NCBI RefSeq assembly: GCF_035594765.1
Contig: NC_085842.1
Coordinates: forward strand, 30,046,782 to 30,110,781
Source: Anolis carolinensis
Taxonomy: Eukaryota
Direction: 5' to 3'
Length of the DNA stretch: 64,000 bases
How positions within the stretch are numbered: position 1 is the first letter of the stretch; each line of letters starts with the position of its first letter. Both the position numbers and the translations under genes were made by a program. Under the pieces are notes generated by a model. It was not told the origin of the DNA. It saw nothing but the letters and a program-made list of their open reading frames with translations, and did not search any database. This document shows positions 11,147 to 24,743 of the stretch, one piece after another.

Positions 11147-14100
11147 CAGGTTGAGCATCCCTTCCCTGGAATTCTGAAATATTCCATCAGCCAAAATTGT
11201 CCACATTGGTGCCTAAGATTGCTGATCAATGCCAGATCCATCAATGGTAAGACCGCTGCCATTCAGGACTTGATCCTGGATTAGGGGGCGGATCTGGCTT
11301 GCATTACCGAGACCTGGCTGGACGAGCTGGGGGGAGTAAATCTCACTCAGCTGTGCCCACCAGGCCTCGGAGTGCATCAGCAGGCTAGGCTGGGGGGGCG
11401 CGGAGGAGGGGTCGCAGTTGTCTATCGGCAATCCATCGCCGTGGTCAGATGCTCTGTTCCGCAGGCATCTGGGTTTGAGTGCGTCCACCTGAGGGTGGGG
11501 AACCGTGATAGCGTGGGGTTTCTGCTGGTGTACCGCCCACCCCGCGACCCAGTAGTTTCCCTGACTGAGCTAGCAGAGGTGGTCTCCAATTTGGCCTTGG
11601 TCTCCCAGCGCCTGGTGGTGCTGGGAGACTTTAACATTCATGCTGAGACCCCCTTGACTGGTGCAGCTCAGGATTTCATGGCCGCCATGACGACCATGGG
11701 GCTATCACAAATTATAGCTGGTCCTACCCATCAGGCTGGACACACACTCGACCTAGTTTTTGTGGCGGACAGTGGAATGATCAGAGTGGAAGAACAAAAC
11801 ACCCTTCCTGTGTCATGGTCTGATAATTATCTGGTCAGTTTTAGACTTTCGGCGACCCTAAACCTCCGCAGGGGTGAAGGACAAATTAAGATCGTCCGCC
11901 CCAGGAGACTGATGGATCCGGAGGGATTCCTGAGGAATCTTGGGGTCCTTCCTGCCATGGAGCCTGGTGATCCTGTCGACGTCCTGGTCGATCTCTATAA
12001 CAGGGAAGTGACCAGGGCGATAGATACGATCGCTCCCGAACGCCCCATCACATTGTGTCATGACAAGCCGTCTCCCTGGTTCACCGGGGAGCTGGCTGTG
12101 ATGAAGCATATGAGGAGGGGGCTAGAGCGCACTTGGAGGAGTTCTCGGGGTGTGTCCGACCGAGCACGGGCTACAGCCTTTCTTAGGGCGTATACCATGG
12201 CTATACGGGCAGCCAAGGAGTCCTATATGACTACCCGTATAGCGTCTGCAGCAAATAGATCATCGGAGTTGTTTCGGGTCGTTGGGGAACTCCTTCAGCC
12301 ACCTGTGGTGGAGGAGACTTTTGACGACCCAGCAACTCGGTGTCGCGATTTCGCACACCATTTTGCAGACAAAGTCACTCAGATACACCTTGAGCTCGAC
12401 TCCAATTTCACCACAGTGCCAGGGGAGGTGATTGAGGCATCTGCTTGTCCGATTTTGTGGGATTCTTTTAGGCTTGTTCTTCCTGAGACCGTGGTGGAGG
12501 TCCTTGGGGCTGTGAGGGCAGCCACGTCGGCTCTGGACCCTTGCCCGTCTTGGCTAATTAAATCGACCAGGGAGGGGCTGGTTGATTGGTTTGTGTTGAT
12601 CGTTAATGCATCGTTGGAGCAGGGGGGTTTTCCATCTCATCTGAAACAAGCTGTGGTTCGTCCACTCCTTAAAAAGGTTTCCCTTGACTCCACGGTGCTG
12701 AACAATTTCAGACCAATCTCCAACCTCCCTTTCTTGGGTAAGGTGCTGGAGCGGGTGGTTGCCTCCCAGCTCCAGGGCTTTCTAGATGACATCAACTACC
12801 TAGATCAGTCACAGTCTGGTTTCAGGCCTGGTCACAGCACCGAGACAGCCTTGGTCGCCTTGGTGGATGACCTCCGTAGAGAGCTGGACAGGGGGAGTGT
12901 GACCCTGTTGGTTCTCTTGGACATCTCAGCGGCTTTCGATACCATTGATCATGGTATCCTTCTGGGACGACTCTCTGGGATGGGTCTCGGGGGCACGGTT
13001 TTGTCGTGGCTCCGATCCTTCCTGGAGGGTCGATCCCAGATGGTGAAGCTGGGAGACGCCTGCTCGGACCCCTGGCCTTTGAGCTGTGGGGTCCCGCAAG
13101 GCTCTATTCTGTCTCCCATGCTCTTTAACATCTACATGAAACCGCTGGGAGAGGTCATCCGGAGTTTTGGAGTTGGGTGTCACCTCTATGCAGATGACGC
13201 ACAACTCTACGACTCCTTTCCACCTAATTCCAAGGAGGCCTCTCGGGTGCTGGACGAGTGCCTGGCCGCTGTGTCTATCTGGATGAGGAGGAACAAGCTG
13301 AAGATCAATCCCGACAAGACAGAGGTCCTCCTGGTCGATCATAATCCTGACCGGGGTATAGGGTGGCAACCTGTGCTGGACAGGGTTACACTCCCCCTGA
13401 AGCCACAGGTCCGCAGTCTGGGAGTCCTCTTGGATTCATCGCTTATGCTCGAGGCTCAGGCGTCAGCGGTGTCTGGGAGGGCCTTTGTACAATTGAGACT
13501 CGTGCGCCAACTGCGACCGTACCTCGCGAAGGCTGATCTGGCCGGGGTGGTCCATGCCTTGGTCACCTCCAGACTGGACTACTGTAATGCGCTCTACGTG
13601 GGGCTGCCCTTGAAAACGGCTCGGAAGTTCCAACTGGTCCAACGAGCGGCAGCCAGGATGTTAACTGGGGCCCCTTACAGAGAGAGGTCAACCCTCCTGT
13701 TCAAGGAGCTCCACTGGCTGCCATTTACTTTCCGAGCCCAATTTAAGGTGCAGGTGCTTACCTACAAAGCCCTGAACGGTTTGGGACCATCCTACCTCCG
13801 TGACCGCATCTCCGTCTACGAACCCACGCGTTCACTTCGGTCATCTGGAGAGGCCCTGCTCGTGATCCCGCCTGCATCGCAAGCGCGGTTGGTGGGGACA
13901 CGAGACAGGGCCTTCTCTGTGGTGGCCCCCCGACTCTGGAACACCCTCCCCAAGGATCTCAGACAGGCCCCTACATTGGCAGTCTTCAGAAAGAACTTGA
14001 AGACCTGGCTGTTCCAATGTGCCTTCCCAGATTAATAGGAAATCTCCAACTCCAAGTCCCATAAGCACTTTATTAGAACTAGATCGTATGTCGCACTCTG

Positions 14101-14630
14101 CACTTGCCCTAGAAGCCTTATATATCACCTGTCACATCAGCACTTTTAATCTTGTACCCATTACTCTGACCCGGCCCAGTTTTATTGTGTTTTAGCATAT
14201 TGTTTATTGTTTGTTGTTTATACTGTTTTAATTTGCCTTTTGTTTTGTATTGTTATATTGTGTGTTGAGGCCTTGGTCTTTGTAAGCCGCATCGAGTCCT
14301 TCGGGAAATGCTAGCGGGGTACAAATAAAGTTTAATAATAATAATAATAATAAAAATAATAATAAGATAGCCACACATTTGTTTTCTGATGGTCCAGTGC
14401 ACACAAATTTTGTTTCATGTTCAAAATTGTTAAACATGTATACAATTATCTTCAAGCCTTGTGTATAAATTGTATTGGAAACATACATGAATTCTGGGTT
14501 TAGACTTGGATCCCATCTCCAATATCTCTCATTATGTATATATTTGCAACAACAGGCATTCCAAAATCTGAAAAAATATGAAATCAATAGACTTCTTGGC
14601 CAACCAATCCAACTAAGGATCCTCAAGTTG
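11147..14630. mobile_element. Tigger4/MER46-like DNA transposon remnant split by the L2 insertion
   Basis: CAGGTTGAGCATCCC start and AAGGATCCTCAAGTTG end; halves 11147-11219 and 14363-14630; copy at the homologous position in gene 4 intron (55026-55231) and a remnant in gene 3 (~37040-37290). Confidence 0.65.
11220..14362 (+). mobile_element. L2-clade LINE, 5'-truncated, near-intact ORF2 (APE endonuclease + reverse transcriptase)
   Basis: 887-aa ORF with GDFN, LDISAAFDTIDH, GVPQGSILSP, YADD, SRLDYCN, LHWLP; upstream in-frame NARSI..ITETWL interrupted by TAG at 11282-11284; (TAA)n tail; TSD TAAGAT at 11214-11219 and 14363-14368. Confidence 0.92.
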
Positions 14631-14911
14631 TTTATTTATTTTATTTAACAGCTTTATGTGGATTGCATCTGTTGCAGGTAATCACCCATATTAATTATGA
14701 AAATGAGGACTATGCATTTCTTTAGCTCAGAGTTTAAGCTTTTCCATTGCAACTGCTTTCAGTCAATGAATTCTTACATGGCCCCATAGATATAGGCATA
14801 TAAAATAATTATAAAATCACACATTTACTTATAAGAAATCAGCATTTGGAAGCCTTGCTAAACAGGCTTCATTTCCTTTTTATGAAGTCCAATTTAAGCA
14901 TTTTCTGCAGA

Positions 14912-15117
14912 GTCACAGAATCTTAGAGTTGGAAGAGACCACATGGGCTATCGAGTCCAACCTCCTGCCATGCAGAAAAAGCCCTGACAGATGGCCATCC
15001 AGCCTCTGTTTAAAAGTTTTCAAGAAAGGAACTTCCACCTCACTCCGAGGCAGAGAGTTCCACTGCTGTTAAACAGCTCTTACAGTCAGGAAGTTCTTCC
15101 TAATGTGCAGGTGGAAC
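14912..15117 (-). mobile_element. CR1 LINE 3' end fragment
   Basis: Reverse complement of CR1 3' end (gagttggaagagacc...aggaagttcttcctaatg). Confidence 0.7.
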
Positions 15118-16355
15118 ATTTGGATTGCTGGGAAGTGGAGTCCAAGAACATCTGAAGGGCTGCTCAATACCATCTTATATTATATTCCAAAATGCTTTTG
15201 ATTCAGATTTTGATTCCAGAAAGTCACAGGTAGAAGCAATTTGGGCAGCCAAAACACTCAGCTTTTGTTAACTGTTGTGCAAAAGGAAGCAGAAAACAAT
15301 GTCAGACTTTGTGTGACATGTTGTGTAACCCAGTGCATGATCAGAACCAAGTAAAGTAGATTATATCCATTTTGGCACAATGCCATGCACATTGAGAAAT
15401 ACAGAGAAAGGAGGAAGAGGAAAAAGATAGATCTAAACATAGGATCAGAAAAAAAAGTTACAAAACACCGCATTACTTAGAATATGTCATGTTACCTAAT
15501 GGCATCTCAGTGACTCTTAGGACCTCATCACATTGAGGTGACAGTGGGGGAATTTACAGGAGCAGGAAAACTACTCCTGGTTCCTGATAAAGGTGAAGAA
15601 AATAGTTAGAATAGGAGAGGTTGAAAGGGCTTGGTGGTTGCGGTGGGAATGAAAATTCAGCCAAGAAGAAAAAGAGGGAAAGAAAGGACACAGATGTTGT
15701 GGTACTAAAGACTTTCTAAAAAGTGCAGCTGGTACTGGTTGAGTAAAGTTTGGAGTGGGAATAATACTAGGATGGGAGTAGGATGTTGGCTTTCAACTCA
15801 GCTGCAGCTGGATATCTTCATTATATGCCCCCCCCCCCAATGTTTCACTGATGCAAACAGAGATACGGGTACTTGAACACACAAACCAGGAGAGACTGCA
15901 GCAGTTTGCCTTTGCAGGTGCCTACTGGAAAGGGTGAGGTGTTGCCCACTATGGAGATAATATAGCACAAACTCCTTTTGCATCTTGAACTTAATTTGCA
16001 ATACTTGAAGTAAGCTGAGAAGAAAAGGAAATCGTGGGAGAAGAAGAGGGAAACTGGGTCTTTTTAAAATTTCTGAAAAAGTGAGGTGGCCAAAGTGTAA
16101 TTGGGACAGTCCCTTGTCAAATTATGGAAAACATAAAAGGACTTTGCTGGATCATGTCTTTTTGAGCACTTCGTTAGTTTTGAGAGAGAAAAGTAGCTTG
16201 GTCCCTTTTTTCTGCACCCCGAAGAATTCTATTCATGTTCCTTGTTCAAACCTAAAAGAACCTCCAAACCTTGTGATCTCTTCTACCATTTTTCCTGAGT
16301 TTACATGCAACATTACAGCCTGCTGGTTATAAACATATTGTTTTCTCCTCAATAG

Positions 16356-16501
16356 GAATCCCACAGGATCAGAGAAGAAAGAAGTGGAGTGGCTGCCTTA
16401 TAACCCTACACAGCAGAACTTCTTCCATCTTAGCACTGAGCAAGCTCAGGTTATGCCGGTATCGCCTGCTCGACACTGTGGCCTTTTTGCTACAAATCGA
16501 A
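16356..16501 (+). CDS. Cholinesterase-like gene 1, exon 3 (read-through frame open to 16584)
   Basis: Acceptor caatag|G; NPTGSEKKEVEWLPYNPTQQNFFHLSTEQAQVMPVSPARHCGLFATNR; donor A|gtgagg; homologous to exon 3 of genes 3/4 (9 nt shorter). Confidence 0.9.
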
Positions 16502-17539
16502 GTGAGGCCAGCTCCATCATATGTTGCATATCTCTGTGGGCCATGATGCTGATGTTTCTAATAAGATTAATTGTGTTGGATTAGCTAATAGCTATCTTTA
16601 TATTATCATATGTGTTGTAATGGGCTTGGTCCTCTCTTATGTTCCTGAGTAAGAGAGGGGACCTCAAAATTCTATCAACTGCTACTACTTACTAATCTAC
16701 CCACTTATTTAAGCTGCATCTATGCTGTAGAATTAATACAGTTTGACATTGTTGTCCAAATTAGGCTCCATCCGCAAGGTGCCAGGTTTCAATATTTCTC
16801 AATCAAAACACGCAGAGATGAGGGCAAAATCAAAGGTCAATTTTATTGCTTCATTGATCAAGGAAGGATGTTAGGGAAGAGAGAGAATCCTAAATCTGAC
16901 ATACCTTCTGTTATTGGCTGTCAGTATTGTGTGGTGGACTTTGTTCTAATTGACACGAAGTTACAGTCTATTTTCTTCTTGGTCTAATCTGCCTTCATTG
17001 TTGTCATATTTTACAACTGTGATCGCTGCACTGTGTATGGAAGGAACTTTAATAAAGCTTTATTGGAGAAAATCTGTCTTTGTTGCTTTGCTGTTTTCAG
17101 TCTTCTTTTCCAATGGCTGGAGGGCTTTCTGGGAGAGGAAATGAATATTTGCTTATGACAATAGTGACAATGGTCACTGGTGGGTTATCTGGCTGGAATG
17201 GCGCTTAGGTGGTGGGACTTCCTGTTTTTTCCTAAGTGGGATAATGGGGATCTGGGTTGTGGTTGGCCTTTGAATCCCTTAAATGATCAGCTGCCAGTTG
17301 ACATCCTTATCCATTGTGCTCTGCCCAAGTGTGTTCTGGGAGACTAACCGATAAGAAGGTTACTGTGTCCTAATGGTGATCTGCGCCCATTGAGCTGCTT
17401 TGTGAAAAGGGGAAGAACCAGGTGGGTTTTCCCAGTGTGGGGCTTTCTGCTTCTGATCTCAGACAGGGACACAGGGAGATAATTAATCTGAGCTCCATTT
17501 TCAGGAACATGGACATGGTAGGGTTGCTGCATACAGTAT

Positions 17540-18533
17540 ATGCTTAAATGCTAATAGGGACAGAGAAAAGGCAGAACTACTCAACAGCTTCTTTGCTTCA
17601 GTCTTCTCTCAAAAGGTTATCCATGTTCAACTTGGAGAGAATGGAAAAGAGGATTAAGTAAAAGAAATGGACCACAGAATAGTTAAAGGGGCAATACAGG
17701 AATATCTGGCTAATCTAAATGAATTCAAGATGAACAATATTCAAGGTGTTAAAAGAACCAGTAGAATAAATTTCAGAACCAATTGCAACCATCTTTGAGA
17801 ATCTCTAGAGAACAGGAGAAGTTCCAACAAATTGGAAGAATGTAAATATTATCCACATCTTCAAAAAGGGAGGGGAAAGGACCCAATTACTGCTTACTGA
17901 GCCTGGCACCAATACCACAAATGGTTCTGAAGCACTTCATTAAACAGACCATCTGTAAACACTTAGAAAAAATGCCAGATTCACAAAAAGTCAACATGGG
18001 TTTCTCAAAAACAAATAATGCCAGATTAACCTTTTCAGCTTTTGACAGAGTTTAAACAGCCTTTATTGGCATACAGCAACCAAATCACAACACAGGTATA
18101 TAAAACAAGAGGAAGTCACAGATAAAAAGAAAACATACTTAAAAGTTACTAATCTCAAGGATAAAATTTGCAACAGTCTCACAAAAGAATTCATCAGAGT
18201 TACAATCTTGGTAGATGAAAGGAATGTTGCAGATGTGGCCTATCTTGATTTCAGTAAAGTCTTTGACAAAATTCCCCATGACATTCTCACAAAGAAGCTA
18301 ATAAAATGTGGGGCAGACAATGCTACTGCGCGGTGAATTGGGAATTGATTGACTGGCTGAACCCCAAAAGTGCTCCCCAATGGCTCTTATTTATTCATTC
18401 TGGATGACAGAATGTCTGGAGGACAGAATAGAAGGCATGCTTATTAAATTTTCAGATGGCTCCAAATTGGGGAGTAGTTAATAGTTAATACCTCAGAGGA
18501 CAGGATCAGAATCCAAAATGATTTTATCAGATT
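17540..18533 (+). mobile_element. Old degenerate CR1 LINE fragment
   Basis: Decayed RT-coding sequence (gatttcagtaaagtctttgacaaaattccccatg = DFSKVFDKIPH) with stops and indels. Confidence 0.75.
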
Positions 18534-19818
18534 TTAGAAACAAATGCGGTCATTGCTAATAGTCAACACGGATTTACCAAAAACAAGTCATGCCAGACTA
18601 ATCTGATCTCTTTTTTCGATAGAGTTACGAGTTGGGTCGATACAGGGAATGCTGTGGATGTAGCCTACCTGGATTTCAGTAAGGCCTTCGACAAAGTCCC
18701 CCACGACCTTCTGGCAAATAAACTAGTAAAATGTGGGCTAGACAAAACTACGGTTAGGTGGATCTGTAATTGGCTAAGCGAACGAACCCAAAGGGTGCTC
18801 ACCAATGCGTCGTCTTCATCATGGAAAGAAGTGACAAGTGGAGTGCCGCAGGGCTCCGTCCTGGGCCCGGTTCTGTTCAACATCTTTATTAACGACTTAG
18901 ACGAAGGGTTAGAAGGCACGATCATCAAGTTTGCAGACGACACAAAACTGGGAGGGATAGCTAACACTCCAGAAGACAGGAGCAGAATTCAAAACGATCT
19001 TGACAGACTAGAGAGATGGGCCAAAACTAACAAAATGAAGTTCAACAGGGACAAATGCAAGATACTTCACTTCGGCAGAAAAAATGCAAATCAAAGATAC
19101 AGAATGGGGGACGCCTGGCTTGACAGCAGTGTGTGCGAAAAAGACCTTGGAGTCCTAGTGGACAACAAGTTAAACATGAGCCAACAATGTGATGCGGCTG
19201 CTAAAAAAGCCAACGGGATTCTGGCCTGCATCAATAGGGGAATAGCGTCTAGATCCAGGGAAGTCATGCTCCCTCTCTATTCTGCCTTGGTCAGACCACA
19301 CCTGGAATACTGCGTCCAATTCTGGGCACCACAGTTGAAGGGAGATGTTGACAAGCTGGAAAGCGTCCAGAGGAGGGTGACTAAAATGATTAAGGGTCTG
19401 GAGAACAAGCCCTATGAGGAGTGGCTTAAAGAGCTTGGCATGTTTAGCCTGCAGAAGAGAAGGCTGAGAGGAGACATGATAGCCATGTACAAATACGTGA
19501 AGGGAAGTCATAGGGAGGAGGGAGCAAGCTTGTTTTCTGCTGCCCTGCAGACTAGGACACGGAACAATGGCTTCAAACTACAGGAAAGGAGATTCCACCT
19601 GAACATCAGGAAGAACTTCCTGACTATGAGAGCTGTTTGACAGTGGAACTCTCTCCCCCGGGCTGTGGTGGAGGCTCCTTCCTTGGAGGCTTTTAAGCAG
19701 AGGCTGGATGGCCATCTGTCGGGGGTGCTTTGAATGCGATTTCCTGCTTCTTGGCAGGGGGTTGGACTGGATGGCCCATGAGGTCTCTTCCAACTCTACT
19801 ATTCTATGATTCTATGAT
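18534..19818 (+). mobile_element. Young 5'-truncated CR1 LINE (RT C-terminal half)
   Basis: 328-aa [54 protein letters not shown]; (ATTCTATG)n tail. Confidence 0.92.
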
Positions 19819-19850
19819 AAAATAGTTAAGAGTAGGGAAATTACACTGGC

Positions 19851-20305
19851 ATAGTCAAAGCAATAGTATTACCCATAGTAACCTATGGATGCTGGAGCTG
19901 AACCACAAGGAAGGCTGAGCAAAGGAAGGTAGACACTTTTGAACTGTGGAGCTGGAGAAAAATTCAGAGAGTGCCTTGGACTGCGAGAAGATCCAACAAG
20001 TCCATCCTCTAGGAAATAATGCCCGGTTGCTCACTGGAGGGAAGGTTATTAGAGGCAAAGATGAAGTATTTTGGCCACATCATGAGAACACAGAAAAGCT
20101 TGGAGAAGAGAATGATGCTGGGGAAAATGGAAGGAAAAAGGAAAAGCGGCCGACCAAGGGCAAGATGAATGGATGCTATCCTTGAAGTGACTGGCTTGAC
20201 CTTGAAGGAGTTGAGGGTGGTGACAGCTGATGGGGAACTCTGGCGTGGGCTGGTCCATGAAGTCACGAAGAGTCGGAATCGACTGAATGAATAAAAAACA
20301 ACAAA
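19851..20305 (+). mobile_element. RTE/BovB-like LINE 3' fragment
   Basis: atagtcaaagcaat...ggccacatcatgaga...gtccatgaagtcacgaagagtcgg 3' signature. Confidence 0.75.
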
Positions 20306-20316
20306 TAAACTTACCA

Positions 20317-20505
20317 GTATTTCAATGGAAAGCATGGGCCTGCTTTTGGCTGATGAGATACTCAAATTAATTAGGATTGTTGTTGTGTACCTTCAAGTTA
20401 TTTCAGACTCAGGGTGACCTTAAGTCTAAAGTTTAGGGTAGGTGACAGGTAAATGTCCTTGGAGGGCTACATACGGCCCATAGGCCTTAGTTTGTAAACC
20501 CTTGC
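20317..20505 (-). mobile_element. hAT (OposCharlie/OC1-like) 5' fragment
   Basis: Reverse complement matches the first ~190 bp of 52173-52975. Confidence 0.65.
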
Positions 20506-20860
20506 AATAAGAAGTCTGGGGAAATGTCCTCATCAGAATTTAGCAGATATACCAATGAGTAGAATGTCCAAGGGCTTAGTAAAACCAGAGTGAGGTAGAT
20601 GGGATTTGGAATTGCTAGTATTACTGAAGTCCTGAATTTCCCTGTCTTGTCAGCCTGGCAGCTATTAGGTGTAGTCAACAATGTCAACAACTATGTTCTC
20701 CTTTTCTATACAGTACTTGCCAAGTTACACAAGAACAGAAGGGTTTTTTTTTAACATTTGCAAGCCAGGTTATGCAAATCAAATGTTGTCGTTTCTTTTT
20801 ACTGGAAGTTATTCTTCTTTTCCTCCCACACTGTGGGCGTATCTTGTAAGGCTGTTGACC

Positions 20861-20994
20861 TATATATATCTGCATTCACCCTACATGTTGTTTGCAGGAG
20901 TTTCATCCATTAGAACTAACCTCTCCCTTCTAAATCTGAGCTGCTAGGGACCCCAAGGAGCAGCAAAACCCTACCAGGGAGAAAGGAGGTGAGT
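20861..20994 (+). promoter_or_regulatory. Putative TATA box and non-coding exon 1 of cholinesterase-like gene 2
   Basis: TATATATA at 20861; consensus donor GAG|gtgagt (exon end 20988) 1.3 kb upstream of the gene-2 acceptor. Confidence 0.45.
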
Positions 20995-22283
20995 TCATAA
21001 TGCACAGAGAAAAGTTATGGCAGTTAGATGTGCAATGTTACCTCATAGCACCCCAGAGAAATAAAAACCTGTAGTTGATAAATGAGGAAAAATAGCAGAG
21101 TGGTCTTTATGGAACTGGAAGGCACATAGCATTGGTATAGATGTCAGGAATCTTAACTTACAGCACTATGTTTCCTTATTCCTTCAACAAAAGAAATGAT
21201 CAGGGATTAACACCTTCTGAGTAATACAAACAGGCCCCCTCTTACTTGGGACCAGAGCACTGTCAGAAAGTAGACTCGGTTGAAAGGGGGAACCCAGATT
21301 TTTAAGCTTGCAAGTGTATTTTGACCCCTAAATAGCATTTTTTAATGTATGATAAAGTGAAAAGTGCTTTTGCACAAATGCAACAGTGATTCAAGGAAGG
21401 ATCAGTTCTTTCAGTAAGCAAGCCTTGGGATTGTGCATATGTGCACAAGCAGTTAAGCAAGTCTCATAGGCAAGAAGAACTGATGAAAGAATTGATTCCT
21501 CATGAAATTAATGGAACTCACTTGCAATTTGCAAGAGTTCTGACAGTGGTGTCAGAAAGTGAAGTGTTAAAAAGTGAAGGGAAGCTTTCAACAAATTGAA
21601 TCCTTCTCTAATGAATTTACATTTTTGAAGCTGTGTGGCAAAGAGATAGATCAGACCTAACGTGCTTCAAAATATGCTTTGAATGGTCAAATAACATCCA
21701 GAGGAAATACACAGTTGAATTCTTTTTCAGCTGCAACTCATCCAAATAAGAAACCAAACATGAAATATTAATATTTTTTGGATAATGGTTCCTAGAATTT
21801 TCCAGCCAACATAGCCAATGCAAGAGGATTTCAGGAATTGTAGTCCAATAAAGTGATATTTCTAAGGTCTGACAGAACATTAATCCATGGATTACACATT
21901 ATGAGGCCAGAGAGAAAACATGGCCCAATGGAGACATAACATAGTATCTGATGGTATTTATAATAACTGGACAAATAGAATCTGTGAATGAACTGGTTGA
22001 CATTAAAAATATTTTTGTTAACTAGTCATCAGTGGATCCAAAGGAGGGAGACTTTCCAACCACACCTCTTATTTGCAGACTAATTTTATTGTGTGATACA
22101 ACAGAATAATTGTATCACATCACCATAGAATTTATTTTCCTTTCTTTCAGTAAAATAGGTAAACATGGCTTCTTTTTTGGACACTTTCTATAGCTAGTAG
22201 GATATAGATATCCAAATGAGAAAAGAAAAATATATAATTCATTTTCATCCTCTGCATTTCTGGTTCTTTCACCTACAGCTGCA

Positions 22284-23734
22284 ATGCCTCGCCTCCTCCT
22301 TTCTGTTTTTGGTCTTTTATTCCTCTCACTGATTTCTGCCTCTGAAGATGATACCGTGGTGGTGACCAACAGTGGCTCCATTCAAGGCAAGAGAATTCTG
22401 GCTGGTCCTGGCTCTGTGACTGCCTATCTTGGCATCCCTTATGCTAAGCCCCCGCTAGGGAAACTCCGGTTCCAGAAGCCTCTTCCACATCCACCCTGGA
22501 CCCACGTGTTGGAGACCACCAGGTTTGGCAATTCTTGTCCCCAAGCAAATGCTTCTGGACTCTTTGATATAGACATATGGGTTGCCAATACACCACTTTC
22601 AGAAGACTGTCTTTTCCTCAATATCTGGGTACCCCACCCAAAGCCCTCCACCCCAGCACCTATCCTTGTATGGATCCAAGGTATGGGTTATGTCACTGGC
22701 ACTGCTTCCTTGGAGATCTATAATGGAGCCACCTTAGCTGCCACAGAGAATGTCATTGTGGCCTCCATGAATTACCGCTTGGGAGCTCTGGGTTTTCTTT
22801 ATATGCCACCACATGCCCCAGGAAATGTTGGCTTATGGGACCAACACCTGGCTCTGAAATGGCTGAAGGAGAACGCAGCTGTCTTTGGTGGTAACCCAGC
22901 TCAATTGACTCTTGTTGGCCACGGTGCTGGAGCAGCCATGGTGGGGTTCCACCTTCTCTCACCTGTAAGCCAACCACTTTTTTCTCATGCTGTGCTCCAG
23001 GGTGGCGTTCCCAATGCCATCTGGCCCTGGAAGGATACCCAGAAAGCAAAGCTAGATGCAGAGATGGTAAGCCAAGAAGTGGGGTGTCCTCTAGATGCTG
23101 ACACGGTAAGCTGTCTACAGAGAATAGAAATTGGGGACAAAAAATTTTCTCAACTGACTGCTATCAATTCCTTGACAGTAGATGGAGAATTCCTGACAGA
23201 TGAGCCAAGAAAACTCCTAAAGGATGCAAATTTTCAGGGTAAATCAATTATCACAGGCATCTTAGCTGATGAAGGATCTACATTTGTATTGTATATGTAT
23301 CCTAACACCAAATCCAATGGTGGGATAGTGACCTGGGAACAGCTTTATCAAGGGGTGATGGGAACAATGGCAAATGGAACAAATGAAGCTGTTGCTCAGG
23401 TTGTAGCACGGAAGTTCAGTGAAAACTATCATGGGCCAGAGCAGTACCGTTTGGCCTTTGCTCAATATTTTAGAGATTACTTCTTTGTGTGCTCTTTGGA
23501 TGAATTTGCTGCAAAGATCCAAGAAGCTGGGAGGCCAGTCTATGTTTATTCCTTCGATCACCGTTCATCTGGTTCCACCTGGCCTGAATGGGTAAAGACG
23601 CCCTATGGGTCTGAGGTGCCTTACCTGTTTGGAAGCTTCAAAGCTGCTTTGCCAACAAGCCAGCCAGTCACAGAGGCAGAAAAAGCACTGAGCCGTAGAG
23701 TGATGCGATATTGGGCCGAGTTTGCCAGAAGTGG
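22284..23734 (+). CDS. Cholinesterase-like gene 2, main coding exon; predicted catalytically inactive
   Basis: Acceptor ctacag|22279, ATG 22284, signal peptide, intact frame. Motifs altered: IQGMGY (oxyanion hole), GHGAG (Ser->Gly), QGG, PYGSE (His->Tyr); Glu (ADEG) kept. Ends FARSG GG|gtaagt. Confidence 0.93.
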
Positions 23735-24743
23735 GTAAGTCATCAAATATTTTGGATCATAAGATCATGTTTGATATTGATGAAATTGACGAGGATAAAA
23801 AAAATTCAATCTATGCTCCATCTTTTCTCATAAACTCGCAAATTGGCTAACAAGTGATTTAAAAACACATTTCAAGTAGCCAATTACAAATATCTAAAAC
23901 CAAAAAGACAACATGTTCAATGTCAAAAGTATCATTAACTAGAAATCAAAATGCTAATATAAAATGAAAGCAATACAAACAAGTAGCCATAAAAAGTATA
24001 ATAAATACTTGCTAATTTCCCATTGGGTGAATAGATAGATTTTGGGGCCCAAATGATTAAGATATAGAAGAGAGCAATAGGAGAAGGCAATCAAGGTGCT
24101 CTAACTTAGGGCCCTTCCAGACAGGCCCTATATCCCAGGATCTGATTCTAGGTTTTCTGCTTTAAACTGGATTATATGAGCCTCACAAAATCAGCACACA
24201 GAAACCGCTTGACACTTGATTACATGAATTCCACGGCTCTTCTCGTGAGGTCTCTACCTGAATGTAGCATTGCTCTCACAACTATTGTTATCAACATGAA
24301 CCACTGTTTTAAAACCCCAAAACCCCTTGCATGCGATAATTTCTTTTGCACCTGGCCTCCTTATCTCTGAGCCAGCGGGAGAAGCGAGTCTTTAATTGCT
24401 GGTCCTATCAGCCCTGTTGACATACCTCTAATCTCTCTGACATCAACAAACATTCATCTTCCCCAATTTCCTCTGACTGCGCTTCTGGCAGGTACCCATG
24501 GAAATGGCCTTCACTATTTTCCTCCTGGGAACCAACAGGAGATTCTAAGACATTTCTGCCAGGAGATTCAACATTTCCCTCCCATCATCCCCAGCTGAAT
24601 TTGATTTCAACATTGGCTGAATTTGAAAGTCTGTTTCCTAAGCACCGAATAACCAAAAAAATGCAAGTGTGTGTATGAGAAAATGTGTTAATCACAAAGA
24701 ATTATCTTTCTCTTTAAACCATGATTTCTTTTTGCATTAAAAG

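Noticed and set aside
11372-19640. RT-containing ORFs as host genes or a retron-like system
   Set aside because: Standard L2 and CR1 ORF2 motifs with 5' truncation and characteristic 3' tails.
22284-23734. Gene 2 as neuroligin or as an ordinary pseudogene
   Set aside because: No transmembrane/PDZ tail and BCHE-type exon structure; no stops, frameshifts or broken splice sites.
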